From an uncultured Bacilli bacterium (GTDB lineage Bacteria; Bacillota_I; Bacilli_A; RFN20; CAG-826): DNA of 61,733 nt. The notes under the pieces are model-generated. The model was not told the origin of the DNA and ran no database searches. It saw only the letters and a list, made by a program, of their open reading frames with translations. Made by a program: the position numbers and the translations under genes. Of this stretch, positions 49,243-59,713 are shown in pieces (positions within the stretch are counted from its first letter, which is position 1; each line of letters opens with the position of its first letter). The stretch lies in the NCBI GenBank assembly GCA_934168325.1, contig CAKPNG010000005.1:1-61733 (forward strand), given 5' to 3'.

Positions 49243-50775
49243 ATGGAAGGTAATTTAATCGTTGAAAAGCTAATAAAATATGCACAATATCACTTACATT
49301 TAGATGAATTAGATGTTTGTTATAAAAGAAATGAATTAATTTCATTATTAAAATTAAACAACATTTATAAAGGAGAATGTGATTTTAGTTATATTAAAGA
49401 GCTTAAAGTTCCAGATACTATAATTGAGGAATTAAAAGATTATATTTTAGATAATAAATTGGTTGATGAAAACTATTTAGAAATTTTTATAACTGATATT
49501 TTAGGTGAATTGACTCCTTTACCTTCAACTATCAATCATACTTTCACTGATTTAAAAAAGAATTTTGATTCAGAAAAAGCATGTAAATATCTATACGATA
49601 TTTCTATTAAGAATTGGTATATTAAAAAAACTGCAATCGAAAAGAATTTACATTGGTTCTATAATCCAGTTAATTCTGATAAATTCTTAGAAATTACTGT
49701 TAATTTATCTAAGCCTGAAAAAAATAATAAAGATACTGCAAAATTATTATTAAAACAAACTGGTGATAAATATCCTAGCTGTTTATTATGTAAAGAAAAT
49801 GAAGGCTTTGAAGGTACTTTATCTCAACCTCCACGTAGAAACCTTCGCACAATAAAACTTAATTTAAATGATGAAAAATGGTTTTTACAATTCTCACCAT
49901 ATGCATATTATAATGAACACTGCATTATAATTAATGAAGATCATCATCCAATGAGAATTGATAATACCACTCCTATTAAATTAATGGATTTTGTTGATTA
50001 TTTACCTAATTATTTTATTGGTAGTAATGCACCCCTTCCAATTGTTGGTGGTTCTATATTAAATCATGAACATTTCCAAGGTGGAGAACATTTGATGCCA
50101 ATGCATAAGGCTCAAATTAAAGAAGAAATTAAAACTAAATATAAGGATCTTAAATTTGGAATCCTTGATTGGTATAATAGTGCCTTACAAATTGAAGGCT
50201 CTAATAAAGAAGAAATAATAAAGTTAGCTAATAATATTATTGACACTTGGAATAATTATTCTAATAAATCTTGTGATATTGTCGCAAATGAAAACGGCGT
50301 TCAACATAACACTGTATCTCCTATTTGTCGTAAAAACTGTAATAAATATTATTTCACAATAATTTTAAGAAATAATAATACAAGCGAACAATATCCTGAT
50401 GGTATTTTCCACGTACATCCTGAATATCAAAATATTAAGCACGAAAGTATTGGTCTTATAGAGGCGATGGGCTTATTTATTTTGCCAGGTAGACTTAAGA
50501 AACAATTCGATATGATTGAAGATATTTTATGTAATATTACTCCTTATAATGAAAACGAATTAAATGATCCTAATAACACTTTATGCGTTCATAAAGATAT
50601 GATTAAAGAATTAGTTTCTTCTGGATTATGTAATTCAAAAGATGAAGCAGCTAATAAATTAATAAATCATGTTAATCATGTATGTGAAAAAATACTTGAA
50701 AATACTGCAGTATTTAAAGAAGATTTAAATGGAAGAAATGGCTTTAAAGATTTTATAAACAAGCTAGATATTTAA
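49243..50775 (+). CDS. galT: galactose-1-phosphate uridylyltransferase (class II, Firmicutes type)
   Basis: About 500-aa class II GalT with 'GGSILNHEHFQGG'. Confidence 0.9.
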   Translation: MEGNLIVEKLIKYAQYHLHLDELDVCYKRNELISLLKLNNIYKGECDFSYIKELKVPDTIIEELKDYILDNKLVDENYLEIFITDILGELTPLPSTINHTFTDLKKNFDSEKACKYLYDISIKNWYIKKTAIEKNLHWFYNPVNSDKFLEITVNLSKPEKNNKDTAKLLLKQTGDKYPSCLLCKENEGFEGTLSQPPRRNLRTIKLNLNDEKWFLQFSPYAYYNEHCIIINEDHHPMRIDNTTPIKLMDFVDYLPNYFIGSNAPLPIVGGSILNHEHFQGGEHLMPMHKAQIKEEIKTKYKDLKFGILDWYNSALQIEGSNKEEIIKLANNIIDTWNNYSNKSCDIVANENGVQHNTVSPICRKNCNKYYFTIILRNNNTSEQYPDGIFHVHPEYQNIKHESIGLIEAMGLFILPGRLKKQFDMIEDILCNITPYNENELNDPNNTLCVHKDMIKELVSSGLCNSKDEAANKLINHVNHVCEKILENTAVFKEDLNGRNGFKDFINKLDI

Positions 50776-50809
50776 AAAACCCTTCTAATCTCAATTAAAA
50801 TTTTAAATT

Positions 50810-52573
50810 ATGTATAAACAAATATTTCATTTTTTAAAGCCTTATAAAAAAGAAACTATTTTAGCAATAGTATTTTTGGTGTTAGAAACAATCTTAGAAA
50901 TCACTGTTCCTTTTTTAATGAATTTTATACTTCAAAATAACTTAGGAATAAATTATGGTTCAGATAATATAATTACAAATGTAAATTATCCAATTGTCTA
51001 TTCAGTTGGCGGAGTTATGATTGTATGTGCTATATTAGCGTTTATATTTGGTATCGTTGGTTCAAAATTCACTGCTATAGCTGGAAGAGGCTTAGGAGCC
51101 GAATTAAGAAAAAATGAATTCAAAAAAAAACAAAATTTTTCTTTTAAAAATTTAGATAATTATAGAGTTGATAGTTTAATAACAAGATTAACAAGCGATA
51201 TAACTATAATTCAAGACTGGTTTTGCCAATCATTTAGAGCTTCTTTAAGAAGTCCTACATTACTTATTTTTTCTTTAGTATTAGCATTTATTATTTCACC
51301 TTATTTAGGAATTATATTTTTAGTTGCTGTTCCATTATTAGCCACTTTATTAATAATTTTAATTAAAATCGCAAGACCAAAATTTTCTAAAATGCAATCT
51401 ATAGTTGATAATTTAAATCGTGTAACTCAAGAATCTATTATTGCCATCAAAACAATTAAATCATATGTTAAAGAAGATTATGAAGTTGAGAAATTTCAAG
51501 AAGTTAATTCTAAATTAATAACTACTTCATCTTCTGCTTTTTCTACAATTAGTTTAAATATGCCATCAATTCAGCTTATAACTTACGCTACTATTATCGC
51601 TTTATTAAGCTTTGGTGCTTCTTTTTTCTCTAAAGGATTAATTCAAGATGTAAGCGAAATATCTACTTTTTTAAGTTATATAATGCAATTATTAGCTGCT
51701 TTATTAATGCTTTCTAATGTATTTATGCTAACAAATAGAGCAAGCGCTAGTTTAATAAGGGTAATTGAAGTTATAAATACAAATAGTGATATTATTGATG
51801 GAAATTCAAATAAAGAAATTACATCAGGAGATATTACTTTCAATAATGTCTATTTTAAATATAATGAAAAAGCTTCAAAGTATGTTTTAAGCGACATTAA
51901 TTATCAAATTAAAAACGGATCTTTCGTTGGAATTTTTGGAGAAACTGGAAGCGGAAAAACTTCTTTTATTAACCTTATTGAAAGATTTTACGATGTAAGT
52001 AAGGGAGAATTAATAATTGATAATTTAAATATTAAAGATTATAAAATTAATGAAATACACGATAAAATTGGAATATGCTTTCAAAATCCAACTTTATTTT
52101 CAGGCTCTATTTTAGATAATTTACGATGGGGGAATAAAGATGCAACTATGGAAGAAATTATCAAAGCATGTAAAATTACTTGTTGTTATGATTTCATAAT
52201 TAATAACTTATCAAATGGATTCGATACACAAATAAGTCAAGATGGGATTAATATTTCTGGTGGTCAAAGGCAACGTATATGTTTAGCTAGAGCTCTTTTA
52301 AAGAATCCTAAAATTCTTATTCTTGATGATTCTTTTAGTGCTTTAGATTATATTACTGAAACAAAAATTAAAGAAAACTTAAGAAAACTTAAAAATATCA
52401 CTATAATTATTATTTCACAAAAAATAAATTCAATTAAGGATGCTGATGATATTGTTGTTTTAAAAGAAGGAAGAATTTTAAATCATGGTAATCATAATTA
52501 TTTAATGCAAAATAATGAAATATATTCAAATACATATCGAATCCAAAACGAGGGTGTACTAAATGAAAAGTAA
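50810..52573 (+). CDS. ABC exporter fused TMD-NBD subunit, degenerate-site half
   Basis: Walker A 'GETGSGKTS' and signature 'ISGGQRQR'. Walker B reads 'ILILDDSFSALD' (D replaces the catalytic E). The H-loop reads 'ISQK' (Q replaces H). Confidence 0.9.
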   Translation: MYKQIFHFLKPYKKETILAIVFLVLETILEITVPFLMNFILQNNLGINYGSDNIITNVNYPIVYSVGGVMIVCAILAFIFGIVGSKFTAIAGRGLGAELRKNEFKKKQNFSFKNLDNYRVDSLITRLTSDITIIQDWFCQSFRASLRSPTLLIFSLVLAFIISPYLGIIFLVAVPLLATLLIILIKIARPKFSKMQSIVDNLNRVTQESIIAIKTIKSYVKEDYEVEKFQEVNSKLITTSSSAFSTISLNMPSIQLITYATIIALLSFGASFFSKGLIQDVSEISTFLSYIMQLLAALLMLSNVFMLTNRASASLIRVIEVINTNSDIIDGNSNKEITSGDITFNNVYFKYNEKASKYVLSDINYQIKNGSFVGIFGETGSGKTSFINLIERFYDVSKGELIIDNLNIKDYKINEIHDKIGICFQNPTLFSGSILDNLRWGNKDATMEEIIKACKITCCYDFIINNLSNGFDTQISQDGINISGGQRQRICLARALLKNPKILILDDSFSALDYITETKIKENLRKLKNITIIIISQKINSIKDADDIVVLKEGRILNHGNHNYLMQNNEIYSNTYRIQNEGVLNEK

Positions 52574-54419
52574 TGTTGATTCATATAAAAAACCAAAGAA
52601 CTTTTTAAAAACATTAAAAAGACTTTTACATTACTATAAAGGATGGAAATTAGTAATTCTTATAATAGTCATCTTGTTAACTATTTTCAGCAGCATTTCA
52701 TCAATTATAGGTACATTTATGTTAAAAGATGTAATCAATATAATTTTAGGAATTAAAAAAGGCACTTCTACTTGGAATGAATTAACTTTAAATCTTTTAT
52801 TCATGGGATCTTTATATTTTTTAGGTGCAATGTCAACCATGATTTATAATCAATTAATGATTAGAACATCACAAAAAATAATAGGTCAATTAAGAAAGGA
52901 TTTAATAACTCATACACTTCATCTCCCGGCTGAAGAGTTTAATAAGCATACACGTGGCGAGTTTATGACTTTTTATACAAATGATATCGACACATTAAAC
53001 AATGCCTTAAATGATGCATTTTCTAATTTTGTATTTTCTTTATCAAATATTATAGGAACTCTTATTGGAATATTCCTAATTAATATTTATTTATCCCTCG
53101 TTGTTGTCTTCTTTTTATCATTAATGATAATTTTTATTATTTATAATTCAAAAAAATGTCAAAAATATTATAAAAATGTACAAACAAGCTTATCAAAAAT
53201 GAACAGTTTTATTGAAGAAAATATTAAAGGTACTAAAGTCGAAAAAGCATTTAATCATCAGGAAATTAACTATTCTAAATTTGATGAAATTAATAATGAA
53301 TTCCAATCAACTAGCACTGAAACTTTCTATAGAACTCAAATGAATGTCCCAGTAATAGTTGCACTAAGTTACTTCAATTTTTCAGTAAGTTGCGTTCTTG
53401 GTGTTATTTTTGCTTATAAAGGATTGTTAGTTGGAGGTGTTGCTGCATTAACAAGTTACTTGGTATATGTAAGGCAGAGTGCTAGACCATTCAATTTTAT
53501 AACTCAGCATATTAATTCGATACTTTCAGCTTTAGCTGGTTCTGAAAGAATTTTCAACTTCTTAGAAAAGCCAGAAGAAATTGATGATGGTAATATTACT
53601 CTAGTTAAAATAGATAGTAACAAAAATTTCTCTTATGCACGGAAGATTCCAAAGCTTAATAATAAAGATTACAGCTTAATACCATTAAGAGGAGAAATTA
53701 AATTCGTTGATGTTTATTTCGGATATTTAGAAAATCAAAATATCCTTAAAAATATAAATTTCACTGCAGAACCCGGACAAAAAGTTGCATTTGTTGGTTC
53801 AACCGGTGCTGGTAAAACTACAATAATTTCATTAATTTCTAGACTATATGAAATTAATAAAGGTTCTATTTTATATGATGGAATTGATATTAAAAACATC
53901 AAAAAAGAATCATTAAGAAGATCAATGTCTTTAGTTACTCAAGACACTCATTTATTTACTGGAACTATAAGAGATAACATTTCATATTCAAGACGTCATT
54001 CAACTTTCGATGAAATTCAACACGCTGCAATTATAACTAATGCTGATAGTTTCATTAGTCGATTACCATTCGGTTATGATACTATGCTTTATGAAGATGG
54101 TCATAATTTAAGCGAAGGTCAACGTCAACTTCTTGCGTTGGCACGAGCCGCCTTAAGTAAACCTCCTTTATTAATCTTAGATGAAGCAACTAGTAACATA
54201 GATACCCATACAGAAAAATTAGTTCAAGAAAGCATGGATAAATTAATGTTAAATCGCACAGTTTTAGTAATTGCTCATAGACTTTCAACAGTTCGCAACA
54301 GCAATGAAATACTTTGCTTAGAAAACGGAAATATTATCGAACGTGGATCACACGATAAACTTTTGTCTTTAAATGGCTACTATGCTAAATTATATAAAGG
54401 AATAAGTGAATTACATTAA
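52563..54419 (+). CDS. ABC exporter fused TMD-NBD subunit, consensus-site half
   Basis: Walker A 'GSTGAGKTT', Walker B 'LLILDEATSNID' and H-loop 'IAHRLST'. The signature 'LSEGQRQ' is non-canonical. It overlaps the partner gene by 11 nt. Confidence 0.9.
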   Translation: MKSNVDSYKKPKNFLKTLKRLLHYYKGWKLVILIIVILLTIFSSISSIIGTFMLKDVINIILGIKKGTSTWNELTLNLLFMGSLYFLGAMSTMIYNQLMIRTSQKIIGQLRKDLITHTLHLPAEEFNKHTRGEFMTFYTNDIDTLNNALNDAFSNFVFSLSNIIGTLIGIFLINIYLSLVVVFFLSLMIIFIIYNSKKCQKYYKNVQTSLSKMNSFIEENIKGTKVEKAFNHQEINYSKFDEINNEFQSTSTETFYRTQMNVPVIVALSYFNFSVSCVLGVIFAYKGLLVGGVAALTSYLVYVRQSARPFNFITQHINSILSALAGSERIFNFLEKPEEIDDGNITLVKIDSNKNFSYARKIPKLNNKDYSLIPLRGEIKFVDVYFGYLENQNILKNINFTAEPGQKVAFVGSTGAGKTTIISLISRLYEINKGSILYDGIDIKNIKKESLRRSMSLVTQDTHLFTGTIRDNISYSRRHSTFDEIQHAAIITNADSFISRLPFGYDTMLYEDGHNLSEGQRQLLALARAALSKPPLLILDEATSNIDTHTEKLVQESMDKLMLNRTVLVIAHRLSTVRNSNEILCLENGNIIERGSHDKLLSLNGYYAKLYKGISELH

Positions 54420-54439
54420 ATAATTGTTGATTTTTAGCA

Positions 54440-54607
54440 ATAAATATAGTATTTTATATAAGCATTTGAGTGCAGCATATAAATACTTCTTGTCTGACGA
54501 GATGACATTAAATAAGTAACCTAAGCTACAAGGCGAAACGTTATCTCACCCGTAGAAAGGAATTTATACCTTACTTAAAGTGCAATATCTTTATAGGAGG
54601 AAATAAA
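54440..54607 (+). promoter_or_regulatory. long, relatively GC-enriched 5' leader of rpsD, a possible S4 autoregulatory leader
   Basis: About 170 nt of non-coding sequence with higher GC than the surrounding spacers, ending in a TAGGAGG RBS. No motif was confirmed. Confidence 0.3.
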
Positions 54608-55210
54608 ATGAGATATTTAGGACCAAAATGGAAACGTGCTAGAAGATTAAACTTTTCTCTTTTAGGAACTGGCGAAGAATTAAAAAAGAGAGCATATGCT
54701 CCTGGCCAACACGGACAAAACAAAGCAAAAATTTCTGAATATGGAAAACAACTTCAAGAAAAACAAAAATTAAGAGATATGTATGGAGTTAACGAAAGAC
54801 AATTCAGAAGACTTTTCAATCTTGCTACTAAGAGTGAAGATGTTACAGGTGTTGCTTTCTTCAGAATCCTTGAATCAAGACTTGATAATTTAGTTTATAG
54901 ATTAGGATTTGCTTCAACAAGAAATCAAGCTAGACAATTAGTTAACCATGGACATATTTTAGTTAATGGTAAGAAAGTTGATATCCCAAGTTATTTATGT
55001 AATGTTGGCGATGAAATTTCCGTTAAAGAAAAATCAAAAGATTTATTAATCATCAAAACCGCTATTGAAGCTAATGGTACAACAGTTGGCTATGTCGAAA
55101 GAGACACAGAGAAAAAATCTGGTAAATTTACAAGACTTCCAGAACGTAATGAACTTCCAAGTGATATCAAAGAAGCTCAAATCGTTGAATACTACAACAG
55201 ATTGTTATAG
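54608..55210 (+). CDS. rpsD: 30S ribosomal protein S4
   Basis: '[14 protein letters not shown]...' and '[30 protein letters not shown]'. Confidence 0.96.
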   Translation: MRYLGPKWKRARRLNFSLLGTGEELKKRAYAPGQHGQNKAKISEYGKQLQEKQKLRDMYGVNERQFRRLFNLATKSEDVTGVAFFRILESRLDNLVYRLGFASTRNQARQLVNHGHILVNGKKVDIPSYLCNVGDEISVKEKSKDLLIIKTAIEANGTTVGYVERDTEKKSGKFTRLPERNELPSDIKEAQIVEYYNRLL

Positions 55211-55232
55211 TTGTAAAACAAAATTCGTAGCA

Positions 55233-55264
55233 AAAAAAGTAGGATTATTCCTACTTTTTATTTT
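55233..55264. terminator. bidirectional rho-independent terminator (rpsD / exoA)
   Basis: GTAGGA / TCCTAC hairpin with an A-run before and a T-run after. Confidence 0.7.
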
Positions 55265-55281
55265 GCTTTATAAATTAATTA

Positions 55282-56034
55282 TTAATTATTTAATTCTAAG
55301 CAGATTGGACAATGGTCGCTTCCAAATACATCATTTAATATTAAGCTATCTTCTATTTTACTTAATAACTCTTTGCTAACAACAAAATAATCAATTCTCC
55401 ATCCAGCATTTTTTTCTCTAGCTTTAAAGCGATAATTCCACCAAGAATATTTGACATCGTTTGGGTGTAAGAATCTAAATGTATCAATAAATCCATTACT
55501 CAATAATTCTGTAAATTTAGTTCGTTCTTCTATCGTAAACCCTGCAGATCTAAGATTATTTTTTGGATTTTTAATATCAATTTCTTCATGAGCTACATTA
55601 AGATCTCCACATAATATAATAGGTTTCTTTGATGATAAAAAATTTAAATACTTTCTTAATTTATCTTCATATTCCATTCTATATGATAATCTAAGCAACT
55701 CTTCTTTTGAATTTGGTGAATAAACATTTATCAAATAAAAATCGTTAAATTCTAAAGTTATTACTCTCCCTTCATCATTATATTCATCTTCTATTCCATA
55801 TATAACGTTAATAGGCTTAATCTTAGATAAAACTAATGTTCCACTATAACCTTTTTTAATTGCATTAGAATAATACTGATAAGGATATTGATCAAACTCT
55901 TGGAAGTTAGATTCTATCTGCATTTTAGTTTCTTGAAAACAAACGATATCAGGATTAAATTTATTCAAAAAATTATTTAACCCTTTAGTTAAACAAGCTC
56001 TTATTCCATTAACGTTCCGTGATATTATTTTCAT
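55282..56034 (-). CDS. exoA: exodeoxyribonuclease III (AP endonuclease)
   Basis: 'MKIISRNVNGIRA', 'FQETK', 'GDLNVAH' and 'SDHCPI'. Confidence 0.92.
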   Translation of the reverse strand: MKIISRNVNGIRACLTKGLNNFLNKFNPDIVCFQETKMQIESNFQEFDQYPYQYYSNAIKKGYSGTLVLSKIKPINVIYGIEDEYNDEGRVITLEFNDFYLINVYSPNSKEELLRLSYRMEYEDKLRKYLNFLSSKKPIILCGDLNVAHEEIDIKNPKNNLRSAGFTIEERTKFTELLSNGFIDTFRFLHPNDVKYSWWNYRFKAREKNAGWRIDYFVVSKELLSKIEDSLILNDVFGSDHCPICLELNN

Positions 56035-56611
56035 AAATATAATAAAATTCCTTAATTAAATTATTAGATATAACTATATTGTAACTTAGTAAAAATATTA
56101 GTATCAAATATAATACAAATAAAAATTCAATAGCCCAATTAAATGTAAAATTATAAGTTTTATCAAAAATTGGAGTTAATGAAATAGTTAAAAAATAATA
56201 CATTGTAATTAAATTCAAAACAATTAGTGTAATCGAAAGAATATTTGCAATAATACTTAGTGAGTGTTTTGAATTTGAATATAGTAATGTAAGCATTTTA
56301 TTCATATTCTTTTTCCTATTAATAAAGAAAACTCTTATTCCAAAAAAAGTAGCAAAAAGAAATATTGTCAAACATAAAGAGAAAAACAATTCTATAAATA
56401 AATTTGTAACAAATCCAGAAGACATTATCGATCTCTTTTCCATTATATCTATAAAAATATTTTTAAAAACCATATTAGAATCATTTAATGCATAAAATAA
56501 ACTATGATTAGAAATATTACCATCTAAATTTTTATATCTAAATATAGGTAAAAATGAAATTAATAAATACAAAATACCATGAAAAATTAATAAAAACCCT
56601 GCAAAAATCAA
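56009..56611 (-). CDS. multipass membrane protein, function unknown
   Basis: 200 aa and hydrophobic. It overlaps its upstream neighbour by 4 nt and exoA by 26 nt. Confidence 0.5.
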   Translation of the reverse strand: MIFAGFLLIFHGILYLLISFLPIFRYKNLDGNISNHSLFYALNDSNMVFKNIFIDIMEKRSIMSSGFVTNLFIELFFSLCLTIFLFATFFGIRVFFINRKKNMNKMLTLLYSNSKHSLSIIANILSITLIVLNLITMYYFLTISLTPIFDKTYNFTFNWAIEFLFVLYLILIFLLSYNIVISNNLIKEFYYIYENNITER

Positions 56612-56964
56612 ATAAAAATTCTTTTTTTATTTAACTTGTCATCTAAACTAACGTTAGAATATAGTAATTTAAAATTATAATCTTTTTCCTCTACAATTTT
56701 ATTTTGATCATAAATTTGTCCATTTTCATCATTTAAATTATTTAACTTTTTATATAAATAAGCTATTAAAAATTTGAGAATTAATATTACAAAAAAAGAC
56801 ATTCCAAGAACAATTCCTGCAATGAACCATTTTTTTCCTTTACCAAGTCCAATAATAACAAAAAAAGACATTATACAAATTAAAACAACAATAAAAGCAT
56901 CATTAATTTTACTAACTATATTTAATGCTTTAATTTTTTTATTAAGTTTATCTTTTTCTATCAT
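56608..56964 (-). CDS. small two-TM membrane protein, function unknown
   Basis: 118 aa with 4-nt overlaps on both sides. Confidence 0.5.
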   Translation of the reverse strand: MIEKDKLNKKIKALNIVSKINDAFIVVLICIMSFFVIIGLGKGKKWFIAGIVLGMSFFVILILKFLIAYLYKKLNNLNDENGQIYDQNKIVEEKDYNFKLLYSNVSLDDKLNKKRIFI

Positions 56965-58445
56965 ATTTTATAAAATTTTAATATAACCTCTTCTTGATTC
57001 ATATCTAAAACAGTAAAGTTGAAATTAATTTTTTTCTTATTATGAAATGTTGAATTAGAAAAAAATGAAAATAAAGAACTTGAATCAAAAGTATCACCTT
57101 TATGATATAAACTATCATCATTAGCTAATGATTTATTATAAAAGGAAATATTATTTTTATTAATCTGTTCAATTAAAAAGTATGGATTCTCACCTAACTT
57201 TTTAGATTTAGAATTAGATGCAGCAATTGAATAATACTCTCCAGTTATATAATTATCTTTAATAGTTATATTACTTTTTTTAAATTTTGAAATATCATTT
57301 GAAACATAAAAATATGTAGAATCATCGCCATCAGCAGACAATTTAATATGAGCAATTCTAGCATCAACATGATAAACAATTATTCCAGGTTCTTTAAACA
57401 TATTGTTTTTTATAACTTCATTATATGGAGTAATAGCATCTTTTTTATTTAATAAATCAGGTGTATAAAACTCAATAATTAAATATTCATCAAATGCATT
57501 ACCTACAAAATCAGATGAAATAACTAATGCCTCTCCACTATTACTAAAAGATTTTAATGTAATTTCTTCTTCTTTAGTCACTAATTTAGGAGTAATCCAC
57601 CCTAAAGCAAATTTAGAAAAAGCATCATGATCTCCTATATTATTATCCATCATCATTTTTCCGCCACTCGAACTATAATGTACATTCTTATCATATGTAT
57701 AATAATCATCAAGACCCATCATATGTCCAGTTTCATGAATTATCGTATGAGCATCTTGTCCATTAGATCCTTCAGCTTCATAAAGAAAAATTTGTGAACA
57801 ATTAGCAAATGTCGAAAAAGTAGGTTTATTAATATCAGCTTTAGTATTCATCATCCAAGAAGTATAGGCCCAATAATATCTCAAGTTAAAAACTTCATAA
57901 GCTGTTCCAGCATTAAAAATAAACCATACACCGTCAACATAGCCATCTTTATTAGAATCAAAATTATTATAATCAATAGGCTTAGAATCAATAGTTGCAT
58001 TATTATAAACTTCTTCAGCTAAAACATGCGTTCCAGTTTGAAAATAATCTAAATTTGCGTTTTCTTTAGCGACAAAAAGACTAGAACTAAAACTAGGTGT
58101 AAAAACATCACTTATAACACAATTAAAATTTAATTTGCCATAACTTGATTTATTATAATAACTCTTTAAACTTTCCCAGTAATCATTACTATAGTCTTCT
58201 TTAAACCCATTAAATGAATAATTAATATTATTTAATTGTTCTTTTGTAAATGCATCTTTATCTGAAAATTCAATAGGTACAACAAGTAAATTTACATCAC
58301 CAACACTTGGAGTTAATCCATTATACAAAGTTGCATAATCAAATTGAGAATATGTCAAAGTAGTATATTCTTTTTTTAAAAAATTGCATGAAGTAAGAGC
58401 AATTATTCCAGTTGCTATTACAAAATATTTACCTATTTTTTTCAT
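56961..58445 (-). CDS. lipoprotein zinc metalloprotease (M6/InhA-like HExxH protease)
   Basis: Signal peptide with lipobox 'IALTSC'. The zinc motif 'HETGHMMGLDDYY' resembles M6 immune-inhibitor-A peptidases. Confidence 0.6.
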   Translation of the reverse strand: MKKIGKYFVIATGIIALTSCNFLKKEYTTLTYSQFDYATLYNGLTPSVGDVNLLVVPIEFSDKDAFTKEQLNNINYSFNGFKEDYSNDYWESLKSYYNKSSYGKLNFNCVISDVFTPSFSSSLFVAKENANLDYFQTGTHVLAEEVYNNATIDSKPIDYNNFDSNKDGYVDGVWFIFNAGTAYEVFNLRYYWAYTSWMMNTKADINKPTFSTFANCSQIFLYEAEGSNGQDAHTIIHETGHMMGLDDYYTYDKNVHYSSSGGKMMMDNNIGDHDAFSKFALGWITPKLVTKEEEITLKSFSNSGEALVISSDFVGNAFDEYLIIEFYTPDLLNKKDAITPYNEVIKNNMFKEPGIIVYHVDARIAHIKLSADGDDSTYFYVSNDISKFKKSNITIKDNYITGEYYSIAASNSKSKKLGENPYFLIEQINKNNISFYNKSLANDDSLYHKGDTFDSSSLFSFFSNSTFHNKKKINFNFTVLDMNQEEVILKFYKI

Positions 58446-58448
58446 TAA

Positions 58449-59702
58449 TTAGCCGAGATCTGCAAGGTAATAATTCTTTTTACCGCGTTTTACAATAATA
58501 TATTTTCCAAATAATGCGCCTTCTTTAGAATAAAGTTTTAAATTATCGATACTCTTTTCACCATTAATAGATATAGCACCATTTTTAATAAATTCACGAG
58601 CTTCACGCTTACTAGAAGCAGCTTTAACATGAATTAATAAGTCTTCTAAAGTTAATTCATTATCAATATTAACTTTCATTGTTGAGAATAATTCTTCAAT
58701 TTCTTCTTCATTCAATTCTTTAAAATTGTTAGAGAATAAAGCCTCACTCATCTTAACAGCACTATCAGCATCTTCTTTACCATGAATAATCTTTGTAACT
58801 TCATAAGCTAAAGCTTTTTGTCCAATTCTTTGACCTAAATGTTCAAAATGTTCTTTATTAATCTTTTCAATTTCTTCTTTAGTTAAGAAAGTAAACACTT
58901 TTAAATATTTAATAGCGTCTTCATCACTTTGATTATAGAAAAATTGATACATTTTATAAGGACTTACTAATTTTTTATCTAAATAAATAGCGCCTTCTTC
59001 ACTCTTACCAAATTTTTTACCATCACTTCTAGTGATTAAATGAGCTGTCATACATTCAACTTTAGTATCTGGACCTTCAATCTTTTTAATATAATCTAAT
59101 CCAGCAGTTAAATTTCCCCATTGATCACCACCACCAATTTGAATTCTACATCCATATTTTTTAAATAAAGAATAAAAATCATAAGATTGCAATGTCATAT
59201 AAGAAAATTCAGTTAAAGAAATTCCACTTTCAAGTCTTCCAGCAACAATATCTTTTCCTAACATATAATTAACACTAAAGTATTTAGCAACATCTCTTAA
59301 ATATTCAATAATGCTTAATTTACTAAGCCAATCATAATTATCAACAATAATACCTTTACTAGGATCTGAAAAATCTAAAAATTTAGAAAGTTGATTTTTA
59401 ATAGATTGAGTGTTAGCTTTTACATTTTCTTCAGTTAAAAAACTTCTTTCTTTATTTTTACCACTAGGATCGCCAATCATTCCAGTTCCACCACCAACAA
59501 GAGCAATAATTCTATGACCAGCTCTTTGAAGTCTCATTAAAATGGAAATCATAACGAAATTGCCAATATGCATGCTACTTGCACTTGGATCAAATCCACA
59601 ATATATAGTTTGACGAGTTTTTAGTAATTCTTTTACACTTTCTTCATTACTATAATCTTTTATTAATCCTCTATAATTTAAATCATCAATAATGTCTAAC
59701 AT
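58449..59702 (-). CDS. tyrS: tyrosine--tRNA ligase
   Basis: 'GFDPSASSMHIGN' (HIGH), 'KFGKS' (KMSKS) and a C-terminal S4-like domain. Length is 417 aa. Confidence 0.96.
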   Translation of the reverse strand: MLDIIDDLNYRGLIKDYSNEESVKELLKTRQTIYCGFDPSASSMHIGNFVMISILMRLQRAGHRIIALVGGGTGMIGDPSGKNKERSFLTEENVKANTQSIKNQLSKFLDFSDPSKGIIVDNYDWLSKLSIIEYLRDVAKYFSVNYMLGKDIVAGRLESGISLTEFSYMTLQSYDFYSLFKKYGCRIQIGGGDQWGNLTAGLDYIKKIEGPDTKVECMTAHLITRSDGKKFGKSEEGAIYLDKKLVSPYKMYQFFYNQSDEDAIKYLKVFTFLTKEEIEKINKEHFEHLGQRIGQKALAYEVTKIIHGKEDADSAVKMSEALFSNNFKELNEEEIEELFSTMKVNIDNELTLEDLLIHVKAASSKREAREFIKNGAISINGEKSIDNLKLYSKEGALFGKYIIVKRGKKNYYLADLG

Positions 59703-59713
59703 ATTTTCTCCAA

